DNA from: an uncultured Trueperaceae bacterium
GTDB lineage: Bacteria; Deinococcota; Deinococci; Deinococcales; Trueperaceae
Assembly: GCA_963727505.1 (NCBI GenBank)
Contig: CAVSGP010000004.1
Coordinates: 320,001 to 384,000 of the forward strand
Length of the DNA: 64,000 bases
Direction: 5' to 3'
Numbering within the stretch: the first letter of the stretch is position 1; every line of letters starts with the position of its first letter. The translations under genes and the position numbers were made by a program. The notes below the pieces were generated by a model, which did not search any database, was not told where the DNA came from, and saw nothing but the letters and a program-made list of their open reading frames with translations. Shown here piece by piece: positions 29,646 through 39,021 of the stretch.

Positions 29646-30590
29646 TCACCGCAGGGTAATGCGGGGATTGAAGGCGGCATATAAGATATCCGCCACCAGG
29701 TTCGCCAGTGCGAATCCGAGCACCGCCACCAGTGCCACCGCCTGGAGCAGCGGGATGTCGCGCCGCGCGATGGCGAAGGTCAGCAACCTGCCCAGTCCAG
29801 GGTAGTTGAAGACGTTCTCGACGACGATGAGCCCGCTGATGAGCCAACCGAAGCTGATGGCCACCACCGTGATGGTCGGCAGCAGGGCGTTGCGTAGCAC
29901 GTGCGCCACGACCACGCGCCGCCAGCGCACGCCCTTGAGGACGGCCGTGCGGACGTAGGGACGTTTGAGCTCGACCAGCATGCTGGCACGGGTCAAGCGC
30001 GCGACGTAGGCGAGCAACACCAGGGTGGCCGTCAGGGCCGGCAGCACCAGCGACGGCAAGGCCGCGATGAAGCCGGTGTCCGGCGCGATGGATGAGTTGG
30101 CCGGCAACCAGCCGAGCCGGAAGCTGAAGATCTGGATGAGCACCAGTCCGGTGATGAACTCCGGCAGTCCCACCACCGACAGGCTGGCGAGGCTGATGAG
30201 GGTGTCGATCCAGCTCTCCTCGTAAAGGGCGGCAACGACCCCCAGTGTGACGGCGGTCGGCACGGCGATGACGAGCGTCAGTCCGGCCAGCTCGAGCGAG
30301 TTCCCGAGCCGCGCCAGCACCAGGGCGCGCACGCTCTGACCGGTGCTGAACGACGTGCCCCAGTCGCCACGGACGAAGTCGCCCAGCCAGCTCAGGTACT
30401 GCATGGGCAGGGGGCGGTCGAGACCGAGCTGGCTTCGGAGCTGGTCGAGCGCCTGCTGGCTCGCCTCCCGGCCCAGCAGGATACGCGCGACGTCACCGGG
30501 AAGCGCCTGCGTGATGAGGAAGATCAGCAAGGAGGTGAAGACCATCGTCAGGAGCAGGAAGCCCAGACGCCGGAGCAGGAACCTACCCAT
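29646..30590 (-). CDS. Peptide/nickel ABC transporter permease (DppB family)
   Basis: 'FLLRRL...LPGD', 'PYVRTAVLKG...HVLRNA' and 'NPRI'. Confidence 0.92.
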   Translation of the reverse strand: MGRFLLRRLGFLLLTMVFTSLLIFLITQALPGDVARILLGREASQQALDQLRSQLGLDRPLPMQYLSWLGDFVRGDWGTSFSTGQSVRALVLARLGNSLELAGLTLVIAVPTAVTLGVVAALYEESWIDTLISLASLSVVGLPEFITGLVLIQIFSFRLGWLPANSSIAPDTGFIAALPSLVLPALTATLVLLAYVARLTRASMLVELKRPYVRTAVLKGVRWRRVVVAHVLRNALLPTITVVAISFGWLISGLIVVENVFNYPGLGRLLTFAIARRDIPLLQAVALVAVLGFALANLVADILYAAFNPRITLR

Positions 30591-32682
30591 GGTCCTCCTG
30601 CTCCGGACCCGCATCGCGCGCGTACCCGAACGCGGGCGCTTGCGAAGCGCGGAGCTCCTCCAGCGGGATGTGGCAGTAGATGCCGTGGGCATCCGCCGCT
30701 TCTCGCCAGGGGGGCGGTTCATCGCGGCACACGTCCCCGAGGTAGCGGGGGCAGCGCGTGTGGAAGGGACATCCGGAGGGCGTGTCTACCGCGCTCGGCA
30801 CCTCCCCCTCGAGGCGGATGTGCGAGCGCTCCGCGCCCGGGTCGAGAAGCGGGATCGCCGACAGCAGCGCCTCGGTGTAGGGGTGGTAAGGGGGCTGCAG
30901 CACCTGCTCCGCCGGACCGGACTCCATCACCTTGCCCAGATACACCACCGCCACGTAGTCGGCGAGGAAGCTCACCACCGCTAGATCGTGCGAGATGAAC
31001 AGGTAACCCGTGCCCCGCTCCTCCTGCAACGAGCTGAGGAGGTTGAGGATGGCCGCCTGGACCGACACGTCGAGCCCCGATACGGACTCGTCGAAGACCA
31101 GCACCTCGGGCTCGGCGGCGAAGGAGCGTGCGATGGCCACGCGCTGCTTCTCGCCTCCCGACAGTTCCGACGGACGGCGCGTGGCGTAGTCTCCCGTGAG
31201 TTGAACGTCCTGGAGAAGCTGGGTGACGCGCTGCGAGGCCTCGGAGCGCGACAGGCCCGCCAGCCGGCGGAAGGGCCGGCGCAGGGTGGCTCCCACCGTG
31301 CGGTAGGGGTTCAGCGCCTCATCGGAGCTCTGGAACACCATCTGCAAGCGACGGATGGCACGCTGCGAGCGCCGCTCGAGCGCGCGCGCTACCGGCTCGC
31401 CAACGAGCTCGATGGTGCCCGCGGAGGCGGGATCGAGCCCAACGATGGCGCGCGCCGTGGTGCTCTTGCCCGAACCGCTCTCCCCCACCAGGCCCAGCGT
31501 GTGGCCGCGCCTCACGGTAACGCTGATGTCCTCCACGGCGCGCACCGCGCGTTGCGGTCCGCCCGAAAGCAGCTCGCCCAGCGACCGCCGCAGCGGAAAG
31601 TGCTTGCGCAGGCCGGCGACGTCGAGCACGGCGTCGACCTCGCCGGCAGGCGTCGAGACGCGCGAAGGGGGCGCGCTCTGGTGCGGGTCCACGCTCCCAG
31701 CCTCGATGTCGCGCCATCGGATGCACCGCACCGAGCCCTCCCCGGCGGCCTCCAGCGGAGGCTGATCCGCACGGCAGGCGTCGATCGCGATCGGACAGCG
31801 CGGCGCGAACACGCATCCGGGCGGCAGCGCCGACGGTGAGGGGATGCGTCCCGGAATCGGTCGCAGCGCAACCGACCGTCGGTTGGTCCCCAGCCTCGGC
31901 ACGCTGTCGAACAGACCCTGGGTGTACGGGTGACGCGGGCGATCGTACAGCTCCCGGGTCGGCGCGTCCTCCACCAGCTCGCCGGCGTAGAGCACCGCGA
32001 CCCGGTCGCACAGCTCGGCGACGACGCCCAGGCTGTGCGAGACGTAGAGAACCGCGGTGTCGCGGTCGCGCACCAGGTCCCGGACCAGGTCGAGGATCGT
32101 GGCTTCGGTCGTGACGTCGAGATTGGTGGTGGGCTCGTCCAGCACCAGCAGATCGGGCTCGCCGGCGAGCGCCATGGCGATGAGCGCGCGCTGCTGCATC
32201 CCACCCGAGAGCTGGTGGGGGTAGGAGCGCGCCACCCTCTCGGGGTCGGCCATCCCCACGGCCTGCAGCATCTCCAAAGCGCGTGACCGGGTCCCCGAGC
32301 CGGACCCACCGGTTGGGTCGACCACCTCCTCGATCTGACGTCCGATCCGCCGGGCCGGGTTGAGCGACGGCAAAGGATCCTGGGGAACGAGCGCCACGCT
32401 GCGATAGAAGTCGCGGAGCTCGTCGGACGTGAGATCGGCCAGCACGCGACCACGGTAGCGGATGGTCCCCTCGATGACCCGGCCGTTGGGGGGCAATACC
32501 TGCAGCAACGCCAGCGCCAGCGTGCTCTTCCCGCTGCCGCTCTCCCCCACCAGCCCGTAGGTCATGCCCGCACGGATGCGGAGGTCGACGCCGCGCACGG
32601 CGCGTGACCAGTGCCGACCACGCCGGTAGGCGACGGTGACGCCGTCGAACTCGACCAGGGGGGTGTCAGCGGCGCCGCTCAC
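30583..32682 (-). CDS. Fused DppD/DppF ABC ATP-binding protein
   Basis: Two GESGSGKS Walker A motifs, two LSGG signatures and two Cys-rich C-terminal domains. Confidence 0.93.
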   Translation of the reverse strand: MSGAADTPLVEFDGVTVAYRRGRHWSRAVRGVDLRIRAGMTYGLVGESGSGKSTLALALLQVLPPNGRVIEGTIRYRGRVLADLTSDELRDFYRSVALVPQDPLPSLNPARRIGRQIEEVVDPTGGSGSGTRSRALEMLQAVGMADPERVARSYPHQLSGGMQQRALIAMALAGEPDLLVLDEPTTNLDVTTEATILDLVRDLVRDRDTAVLYVSHSLGVVAELCDRVAVLYAGELVEDAPTRELYDRPRHPYTQGLFDSVPRLGTNRRSVALRPIPGRIPSPSALPPGCVFAPRCPIAIDACRADQPPLEAAGEGSVRCIRWRDIEAGSVDPHQSAPPSRVSTPAGEVDAVLDVAGLRKHFPLRRSLGELLSGGPQRAVRAVEDISVTVRRGHTLGLVGESGSGKSTTARAIVGLDPASAGTIELVGEPVARALERRSQRAIRRLQMVFQSSDEALNPYRTVGATLRRPFRRLAGLSRSEASQRVTQLLQDVQLTGDYATRRPSELSGGEKQRVAIARSFAAEPEVLVFDESVSGLDVSVQAAILNLLSSLQEERGTGYLFISHDLAVVSFLADYVAVVYLGKVMESGPAEQVLQPPYHPYTEALLSAIPLLDPGAERSHIRLEGEVPSAVDTPSGCPFHTRCPRYLGDVCRDEPPPWREAADAHGIYCHIPLEELRASQAPAFGYARDAGPEQEDHG

Positions 32683-33548
32683 GGCCCGGCTCCGACCTGC
32701 AGGACGCGCTTGAGCCCGTCCGCCAGGAGGTTGACGCCGATCACCAGCAGCGAGATCGCCAGCGCCGGAAAGGTCAGCGTCCAGGGCGTGATGTAGACGA
32801 AGTCCCGCGCCTCGCTGACCATGAGACCCCAGTCGGGGTTGGGGGGCTGCACCCCGACCCCCAGGAACCCCAGCGACGCGACCAGGAAGATGGCGTAGGA
32901 GAAGCGAAGGGCCGACTCGACCGCCAGCGCGGGCAGCACACTGGGGAGGATCTCACGACCCAGGATGAAGGCCGTGCTCTCCCCCTGCATCCGCGCGGCG
33001 AGCACGTACTCCTTGGTCTTGGTGTCGAGCACCACGCTCCGCACAACGCGCGCGACGATCGGGGTATACGCCACCGCGATGACCGCCAGCACACTGCTGC
33101 GTGACGGCCCCAGCGAGCCCAGCAGCAGCAGCGCCAGCAGCAGCGCTGGAACCGCCAGCAGGCTGTCGAAGAAACGGTAGGTGATCTCATCGGCCCAACC
33201 GCCGCGGTAGGTGGCGAACAACCCCAGCAGCGTTCCCACCAGCACGGCGATGAGCGTTCCGCTGCCGGCGAGGAGGAAGATGTCGCGGTCGCCGACCACC
33301 ACCCGACTGAAGACGTCGCGGCCGAGGTGATCGGTGCCGAACAGATGCTGCATGGACGGGGGCTGGCTGCGGTCGGTGAAGACCTGCTCGGTGGCCCCGT
33401 AGGGCGTCGCCAGCGGTCCCAGCACCGCCAGGACCAGGAAGACCGCTACCAGGCTGGTCCCGAGAGCGGACGACGGCTTGCCGTAGAGCTCGAGCAGGCC
33501 ACGCAGCCAGCCGCTGCGGCGCACGGTGGCCCGCGCGGAGCTAGCCAT
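32679..33548 (-). CDS. Peptide/nickel ABC transporter permease (DppC family)
   Basis: 'HLFGTDHLGRDVFSR', 'EYVLAARMQGES' and 'PPNPDWG'. Confidence 0.92.
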   Translation of the reverse strand: MASSARATVRRSGWLRGLLELYGKPSSALGTSLVAVFLVLAVLGPLATPYGATEQVFTDRSQPPSMQHLFGTDHLGRDVFSRVVVGDRDIFLLAGSGTLIAVLVGTLLGLFATYRGGWADEITYRFFDSLLAVPALLLALLLLGSLGPSRSSVLAVIAVAYTPIVARVVRSVVLDTKTKEYVLAARMQGESTAFILGREILPSVLPALAVESALRFSYAIFLVASLGFLGVGVQPPNPDWGLMVSEARDFVYITPWTLTFPALAISLLVIGVNLLADGLKRVLQVGAGP

Positions 33549-33634
33549 GGCCGATGCCCGCATGCGAATGGGTCATCGTGGGGGGCATCGGAAGCTCGTG
33601 GGCATGCCGTTCAGCGTGCCCACGAGCCACGTAC

Positions 33635-35164
33635 CTACTGGGCGTGGACGGCCGCCAGGTCGGTGCGACCGGCGAACGCCTTCATCTGGAAGCCGGTGAA
33701 GCCATCTCGGATGGCGCCGAGCTGCGGGAAGAAGTACGGGATCACGATGGGACCGCTGCTCGCCAGCAACTGCTGGATCTTGTGGTAATCGTCGATGCGC
33801 TTCTGGGTGTCCAGGGTGTTGCCGGCCTCCTTGGCCAGCTTGTCGAACTCCTGGTTACAGAAGTGGCTCTCGTTCCACTTGGCCCCGCACTCGAGCATCA
33901 CGTTCAAGTAGAACTGCGGGTAGGGGCGCGAGCCCCAGCCGGTGATGCCGAAGTCGACCTGCAGCCACTTGTTGTCCCCGTAGTAGACGCTCTCGGGCTC
34001 GACCACGACGTTGATGTCGAACCCGGCCTTGGCGAGCTGCTGCTTCAGCACGACGGCCAGGTCGGGCCTATCGCCGGTGTTGGGGGTGTACAGGTCGAGC
34101 TTGAGGCCGTTGGGGTAGCCGGCTTCCTTGAGCAGCTCCTTGGCCTTGGCGGGATCGGTAGCGGGCGGCGTGGCACCGGCGTCGAAGTACTTCTTGTACA
34201 GCGGGCCGATGGGGCTGTCGTTGCCGACGACGCCCAGCCCCTGGGTCACGGCCTCGGTGATGGCCTTGCGATCGACCCCCAGCTTCAAGGCCTGGACGAC
34301 CCGGGGGTCACTGCCCGGCTTGTGGTCGCTGCGGAGCCGCACGACGTTGAAACCGTTGGTGGGCACGTCGACCCGCGTGACCCCGTTCACGCCCTTGAGG
34401 GACTCATAGAGCGAGCTCGGAAGGCGCATCGCGAGGTCGATCTGTCCGCCCCGAAGGGCCGAAACCTCGGCCGACTGGTCGCTGAAGAAGATGAGTTGCA
34501 GCGTGCCGACCCCGGGTTTGCCGGCCATGAAGTAGTCCGGGTTGGCCTTGAGCACCATGCGGTCGTCGGGGTGGTAGCTCTGCACGACGAACGGGCCACT
34601 GCCGTCGAAGTTCGAGCCGAAGTCGGTGGTTCCGTTCTTGACGATGACGGCGTGGTTGTCGCTGAGGTCGTAGAGGAAGAAGGGATTGGTCTGCTTGAGC
34701 GTGAAGGTGACCTCGTGCGTGCCGGTGGCCTTGATGGTGTCGATATCGGAGTACAGGTCGGACGTCGGCAGCTTGAGGTCCGGGTTGCGGAGGCGATCGA
34801 AGGTGAAGACCACGTCCTGTGCCGTGACCGGGCTGCCGTCGTGCCAGGTGGCGTTCGGAGCGAGCTGGAAGGTATAGGTCAGCCCGTCCTGAGACACCTT
34901 CCAGGAGCTCGCCAGCCGCGGTTGGATGTTGTTCTCCGCGTCGACATCGACCAAGTAGTCGTAAACGGCGTTGAGGACCGCGATCTCAGCGTCGCTGGAG
35001 GCGTAGGCAGGGTCGAGCTTCGAGGGGGACTCCATCCCCACCCGCAGGGTGCCCGCGGGAACCGACTGCGCCGTCACGCCCCCCAGCATGACCAGGCCCA
35101 GCAGCGCGGCCAGCCCCAAACGCAGACGCGTCAGACGGACGTTCCGAAGGATGTGCATGTACAT
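33635..35164 (-). CDS. ABC transporter substrate-binding protein, family 5
   Basis: Signal peptide, 'LDPA', 'PRLASSW...DGLTYTFQL', 'WHDGSPVTAQDV' and 'GSGPF'. GGAGG RBS precedes ATG 35164. Confidence 0.92.
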   Translation of the reverse strand: MYMHILRNVRLTRLRLGLAALLGLVMLGGVTAQSVPAGTLRVGMESPSKLDPAYASSDAEIAVLNAVYDYLVDVDAENNIQPRLASSWKVSQDGLTYTFQLAPNATWHDGSPVTAQDVVFTFDRLRNPDLKLPTSDLYSDIDTIKATGTHEVTFTLKQTNPFFLYDLSDNHAVIVKNGTTDFGSNFDGSGPFVVQSYHPDDRMVLKANPDYFMAGKPGVGTLQLIFFSDQSAEVSALRGGQIDLAMRLPSSLYESLKGVNGVTRVDVPTNGFNVVRLRSDHKPGSDPRVVQALKLGVDRKAITEAVTQGLGVVGNDSPIGPLYKKYFDAGATPPATDPAKAKELLKEAGYPNGLKLDLYTPNTGDRPDLAVVLKQQLAKAGFDINVVVEPESVYYGDNKWLQVDFGITGWGSRPYPQFYLNVMLECGAKWNESHFCNQEFDKLAKEAGNTLDTQKRIDDYHKIQQLLASSGPIVIPYFFPQLGAIRDGFTGFQMKAFAGRTDLAAVHAQ

Positions 35165-35234
35165 GGTGTCCTCCCAGATCCTGATGCTAAGCGGCCATCG
35201 TAGCCGACTTGACGGTGGTCGATGCGAACGCGGC

Positions 35235-35876
35235 TCACGCGCGCGGCGTGTTCCAGCCGTTCGCGGGCAAGCACTCCCCGGCTTCCAGCGCCATGTCGAC
35301 GCGGTTCTCGGGGGGTGCCAGTGGGCAGTCCCACCGCGGGCTGTAGGCGCAGCTCGGGTGGTAGGCATAGTTGAAGTCGAGGACCATGCGTCCGTCCTCG
35401 ACGCCGAGGTCGGCGTGCTTGCGGGTATCGATCAGGTAGCGACCGCCACCGTAGGTGCGGTCGCCGGCGGAGCCGTCCCGGAACGGCAGGAAGAGGCCGC
35501 CCCCGTAGCCCAGGAGACGGTAGAGGGCAAGCCGGAAGCGCCGTCCAGCGAGGTCGAACGCCAGGTACGCCAGACGCTCCAGCTGCAACACCCCGTCCTC
35601 GTGCAAGGTGATCTGGAAAGCCTCCCCCGGCGCGTCCTCCGCGTCCGCCAACACCCGGTAAGCGGGGTCGAACGAGAAGTAGGGCACGCTCGTCATCGAC
35701 GCCCGGTCCTCGGTACGGAGCGGCGAGCACGGATGGTGGGCGAACAGCTCGTCGCGCAGGGCGCGGAAGTGCCTCCATCGGACATCGGCCGGGCCGGCGC
35801 CACGCGCCACCTCGTACATCCCAGCCACCCGCCGACGGAAATCGACGAGTTGCAGTGCGCTGGCGGTGGCGTCCAG
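35235..35876 (-). CDS. DUF1684 family protein (start uncertain)
   Basis: 'LFLPFRDGSAG..TYGGGRYL', 'LDFNYAYHPSCAYS' and 'CPLAPPEN'. Confidence 0.82.
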   Translation of the reverse strand: MDATASALQLVDFRRRVAGMYEVARGAGPADVRWRHFRALRDELFAHHPCSPLRTEDRASMTSVPYFSFDPAYRVLADAEDAPGEAFQITLHEDGVLQLERLAYLAFDLAGRRFRLALYRLLGYGGGLFLPFRDGSAGDRTYGGGRYLIDTRKHADLGVEDGRMVLDFNYAYHPSCAYSPRWDCPLAPPENRVDMALEAGECLPANGWNTPRA

Positions 35877-35943
35877 GATGCAGCCTCCCCTTGGAGAACG
35901 AGCCACGAGACGGTGCCACAAGACGGACCCGTAGAATGAGCCT

Positions 35944-36720
35944 ATGCAACCCATCCTAACGGACCGGCAGGGGGCAGTCCGTATTCTCACCTTGAATCGA
36001 CCGACCGTTAGGAACGCCCTCAGCACGGAGCTTCGCGGCGCCCTGGCGGAGGCGCTGCGGGAGGCGGCCGACGACGAGGAAACCCGTGCGGTGGTGCTCA
36101 CCGGCGCGGGCGAGGCCTTCTGCGCCGGTCTCGACCTCCGGGAGTTGGAGGGGATGAGCGAACGCAGCGCCGAGGAGAACCGCACCGACTCGCGCCGCCT
36201 GGCCGACCTCCTGCTGCAGATCGCGACGTTCCCCAAGCCGGTCGTGGCGGCCGTCAACGGGCCGGCGGTGGCGGGCGGGGCGGGGATCGTGACCGCTTGC
36301 GATCTCGCCGTGATGGACCGCAACGCACGTATCGGTTACACGGAGGCGCGCATCGGCTTCGTCGCGGCGCTGGTGTCGGTGTTCCTGGTGCGCCAGGTGG
36401 GCGAGAAGCACACCCGCGATCTGCTGTTGAGCGCGCGCCTGGTCACGGCCGAGGAGGCCGCGGCGATCGGCCTGGTCAACGAGGTCGCGGCGCCCGGCCA
36501 GGCCCTGGCAGCCGCGCTCGACCGGGCGCGGGGACTGGCCCGGAATGCCCCCGGATCCCTGTCGATGACCAAGACGCTGCTGGCCGGGGTGCCCTCGATG
36601 AGCCTGGAGGACGGCCTGCGCTATGCCGTGGAGGTGAACGCCGCCGCACGGGAGCGCGACGAGCTGCGCGAGGGCGTACGCGCCTTCCTGGAGAAGCGCG
36701 AGCCGCGCTGGCGCTCGTAA
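35944..36720 (+). CDS. Enoyl-CoA hydratase/isomerase (methylglutaconyl-CoA hydratase-like)
   Basis: 'LTLNRP..RNALS', 'FCAGLDL', 'PKPVVAAVNGPAVAGG' and 'TEARIG'. Confidence 0.9.
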   Translation: MQPILTDRQGAVRILTLNRPTVRNALSTELRGALAEALREAADDEETRAVVLTGAGEAFCAGLDLRELEGMSERSAEENRTDSRRLADLLLQIATFPKPVVAAVNGPAVAGGAGIVTACDLAVMDRNARIGYTEARIGFVAALVSVFLVRQVGEKHTRDLLLSARLVTAEEAAAIGLVNEVAAPGQALAAALDRARGLARNAPGSLSMTKTLLAGVPSMSLEDGLRYAVEVNAAARERDELREGVRAFLEKREPRWRS

Positions 36721-36725
36721 CGCGC

Positions 36726-36777
36726 TTGACCCGCTGGCCGCACGGTCCTACGATAGCCAGCATGTGTAACTTACACA
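36726..36777 (+). promoter_or_regulatory. ddl promoter with a downstream palindromic operator-like site
   Basis: TTGACC-N17-TACGAT (36726-36754), then TGTGTAA-C-TTACACA (36763-36777). Confidence 0.6.
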
Positions 36778-36793
36778 ACTTAGGCGGGACGCC

Positions 36794-37846
36794 GTGACGT
36801 CTGGCAGCGTCGCTCCGCGCGTGTTGCTCCTGTGCGGCGGACGCTCCGAAGAGCACGACGTGTCGCTGGCCTCCGCCCGCTCGGTGCTCGAGGCCGTGGG
36901 CGGCTCGCTCGATGTCACGCCGCGCGTGATCGACCGGAGCGGGCGACTGCTCACGGGCGAGGCCTCTCGTCGCGCCCTGGTCGAGGGGGCCGTCACCGCC
37001 GACGCTCCCGAAGCCGGCGAGGGCGAGGAGCTCACGGGCGGACTGGCCCGCCTCACCGGCGATGGCGTCGACGTGGTGTTCCCGCTGCTCCACGGTCCCT
37101 TCGGGGAAGACGGCAGCGTCCAGGGACTGCTGAGGTTGCTGGGTGTCCCCTTCGTGGGGTCCGACGTGCTGGCGAGCTCGGTTGCGATGGACAAACTCAT
37201 GATGAAGGCGGTCTTCGCCGCCCACGGATTCCCGCAGGTTGGCTACGGGGGTGTGCGCCGCGACGGTTGGACGCTTGACCGCGAGGCGAGCCTGAGCTCC
37301 CTGGAGGCCCTGCCCTGGCCACGTTTCGTCAAGCCCGCCAACCTCGGCTCGAGCATCGGCATCCGCCGGGTCGATACCGCCCTTGCCCAGCAGGAGGCCA
37401 TCGAGGACGCCTTCCGCTTCGACCGCCGCGTCATCGTCGAAGAGGGCGTCCACCCCGTGCGCGAGCTCGAGGTGGCGGTGCTCGGCAACGACGCGCCGGC
37501 GGTGAGCCCGGTCGGCGAGATCCGCCACCGTGCGGACTTCTACGACTACGCCACCAAGTACACCGACGGGCGGGCCGAGTTGCTCATTCCGGCACCCGTG
37601 CCCGCGTCGGTGGCGGAGCGGGCACGGAGCCTGGCCGAACGGGCGTTCCGCGCTCTCGACGTCGCCGGCCTGGCGCGCGTCGACTTCCTCTACCGTGCCG
37701 ACGGCGATGACCTGCTGCTCAACGAGGTCAACACCATGCCGGGCTTCACGCGCCACAGCATGTACCCCAAGCTGTGGGAGGCCGCCGGCGTCCCCTACCC
37801 GGAGCTGATCCGCAGGTTGATCGCACTCGGCATGGAGACGCGCTGA
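36794..37846 (+). CDS. ddl: D-alanine--D-alanine ligase
   Basis: 'GGRSEEHDVSLASA', 'HGPFGEDG', 'KPANLGSSIG', 'FYDYATKY' and 'NEVNTMPGFT'. Confidence 0.96.
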   Translation: MTSGSVAPRVLLLCGGRSEEHDVSLASARSVLEAVGGSLDVTPRVIDRSGRLLTGEASRRALVEGAVTADAPEAGEGEELTGGLARLTGDGVDVVFPLLHGPFGEDGSVQGLLRLLGVPFVGSDVLASSVAMDKLMMKAVFAAHGFPQVGYGGVRRDGWTLDREASLSSLEALPWPRFVKPANLGSSIGIRRVDTALAQQEAIEDAFRFDRRVIVEEGVHPVRELEVAVLGNDAPAVSPVGEIRHRADFYDYATKYTDGRAELLIPAPVPASVAERARSLAERAFRALDVAGLARVDFLYRADGDDLLLNEVNTMPGFTRHSMYPKLWEAAGVPYPELIRRLIALGMETR

Positions 37847-37985
37847 TCGCGTCCGCGGGGGCCGAGGGACGAGGACGGGCTGCTATACTCCTCCCAAGTC
37901 CAATCTGGAGGTAACGGCCGCCGCCCGAGCTCCGCACAACACGCCCGACGACATTCCTGCCGCCACCGGGGCCGGGGGCGGGACG

Positions 37986-38537
37986 CTGGCGCCCGGCGCG
38001 GACGGCGCAGCGCGCCGCACCCCGCTCCTCAACGTCAACCACGCGCGCGTCCTGATCCTCAACGCCAGCTTCGAACCGCTCCACGTCTGCTCGCTCAAGC
38101 GGGCGGTAGGGTTGCTCATGCACGAGGTGGCCGAGCGCGTCGAGGACGGTGACAAGGTCCTCAGGTCGGTCAACCAGGCGTTCCCCGTGCCCAGCGTGAT
38201 CCGACTCAAGCGGTTCGTGAAGCGCCCGTTCCGGCAGCGCGTCGCGTTCAACCGTCGCAACCTCTTCAAGCGCGATGACCACACCTGCCAGTACTGCGGC
38301 ACGCGCAGCAACGACCTCACCCTCGACCACGTCGTTCCGCGCAGCCGTGGCGGCCCCACCAACTGGCACAACGTGGTCGCCTGCTGCAAGCGCTGCAATG
38401 CGCGCAAGCGCGACCGCACCCCCGACGAAGCGAGGATGGCGTTGCGGCGCGATCCGTACGCGCCGCGCTTCATCTTCTCGAGCGCCTACGGCGTGCTTCC
38501 CGACATCGATCCGATCTGGGAGAAGTACCTTCCCTGA
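37986..38537 (+). CDS. HNH endonuclease (McrA-like, HNH_5); start uncertain
   Basis: 'RDDHTCQYCG...LTLDHVVPRSRGG..NW.NVVACCKRCNARK'. The conserved 'RVLILNASFEPL' lies in frame upstream of the first canonical start (38112). Confidence 0.85.
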   Translation: MAPGADGAARRTPLLNVNHARVLILNASFEPLHVCSLKRAVGLLMHEVAERVEDGDKVLRSVNQAFPVPSVIRLKRFVKRPFRQRVAFNRRNLFKRDDHTCQYCGTRSNDLTLDHVVPRSRGGPTNWHNVVACCKRCNARKRDRTPDEARMALRRDPYAPRFIFSSAYGVLPDIDPIWEKYLP

Positions 38538-38606
38538 CGTCGACCGCTCGTCGGGGGCCGGCGCGCGGAAGCGCTCGGCTGCTGGCCGACACGCGCCCGA
38601 CCGGGG

Positions 38607-38969
38607 CTAGATGCGACGGTTGCTGCGCTTGTCCTTGAACAGCCGAGACAAGACCGCGCTGATGACGGTGAGCACGAGCGCCCCGAGCACCGCGCCCCCG
38701 AAGCCACTGACCGTGAGCGGCGTCAACGCGGCGACCACAAGAATCGCGACCGCGTTCACCACCAACAGGAACAAGCCGAAGCTCAGGATGGTGAGCGGGA
38801 GCGTGAGCAGGACCATCAGTGGCCTCACCACGGCGTTCACCAGCCCCAGGACGAGGGCGGCCACCAGATAGGCGCCCACCGTCGGAGGCACGATTCTCAG
38901 CCCCACATGGAGCGCGACGGTAAGCCATAGCGCCAGGGCGTTGAGCGCCCATCGTAAGAGGAGGTTCAT
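38607..38969 (-). CDS. 4-TMS phage-holin-like membrane protein (YvlD/DUF360 family)
   Basis: 'LLRWALNALAL', 'LGLVNAVVRP' and 'TLPLTILSFGLFLLVVNA'. Confidence 0.88.
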   Translation of the reverse strand: MNLLLRWALNALALWLTVALHVGLRIVPPTVGAYLVAALVLGLVNAVVRPLMVLLTLPLTILSFGLFLLVVNAVAILVVAALTPLTVSGFGGAVLGALVLTVISAVLSRLFKDKRSNRRI

Positions 38970-39021
38970 GGCGTGAGTATAGCTGTCCAGGTCCGGGCAA
39001 CCTCCGCGAACGGCGCTGGGC

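Noticed and set aside
37986..38969. Prophage remnant (HNH nuclease + holin-like gene)
   Set aside because: Both families are common chromosomal genes, they are convergent, and no phage structural, lysin or integrase gene is present.
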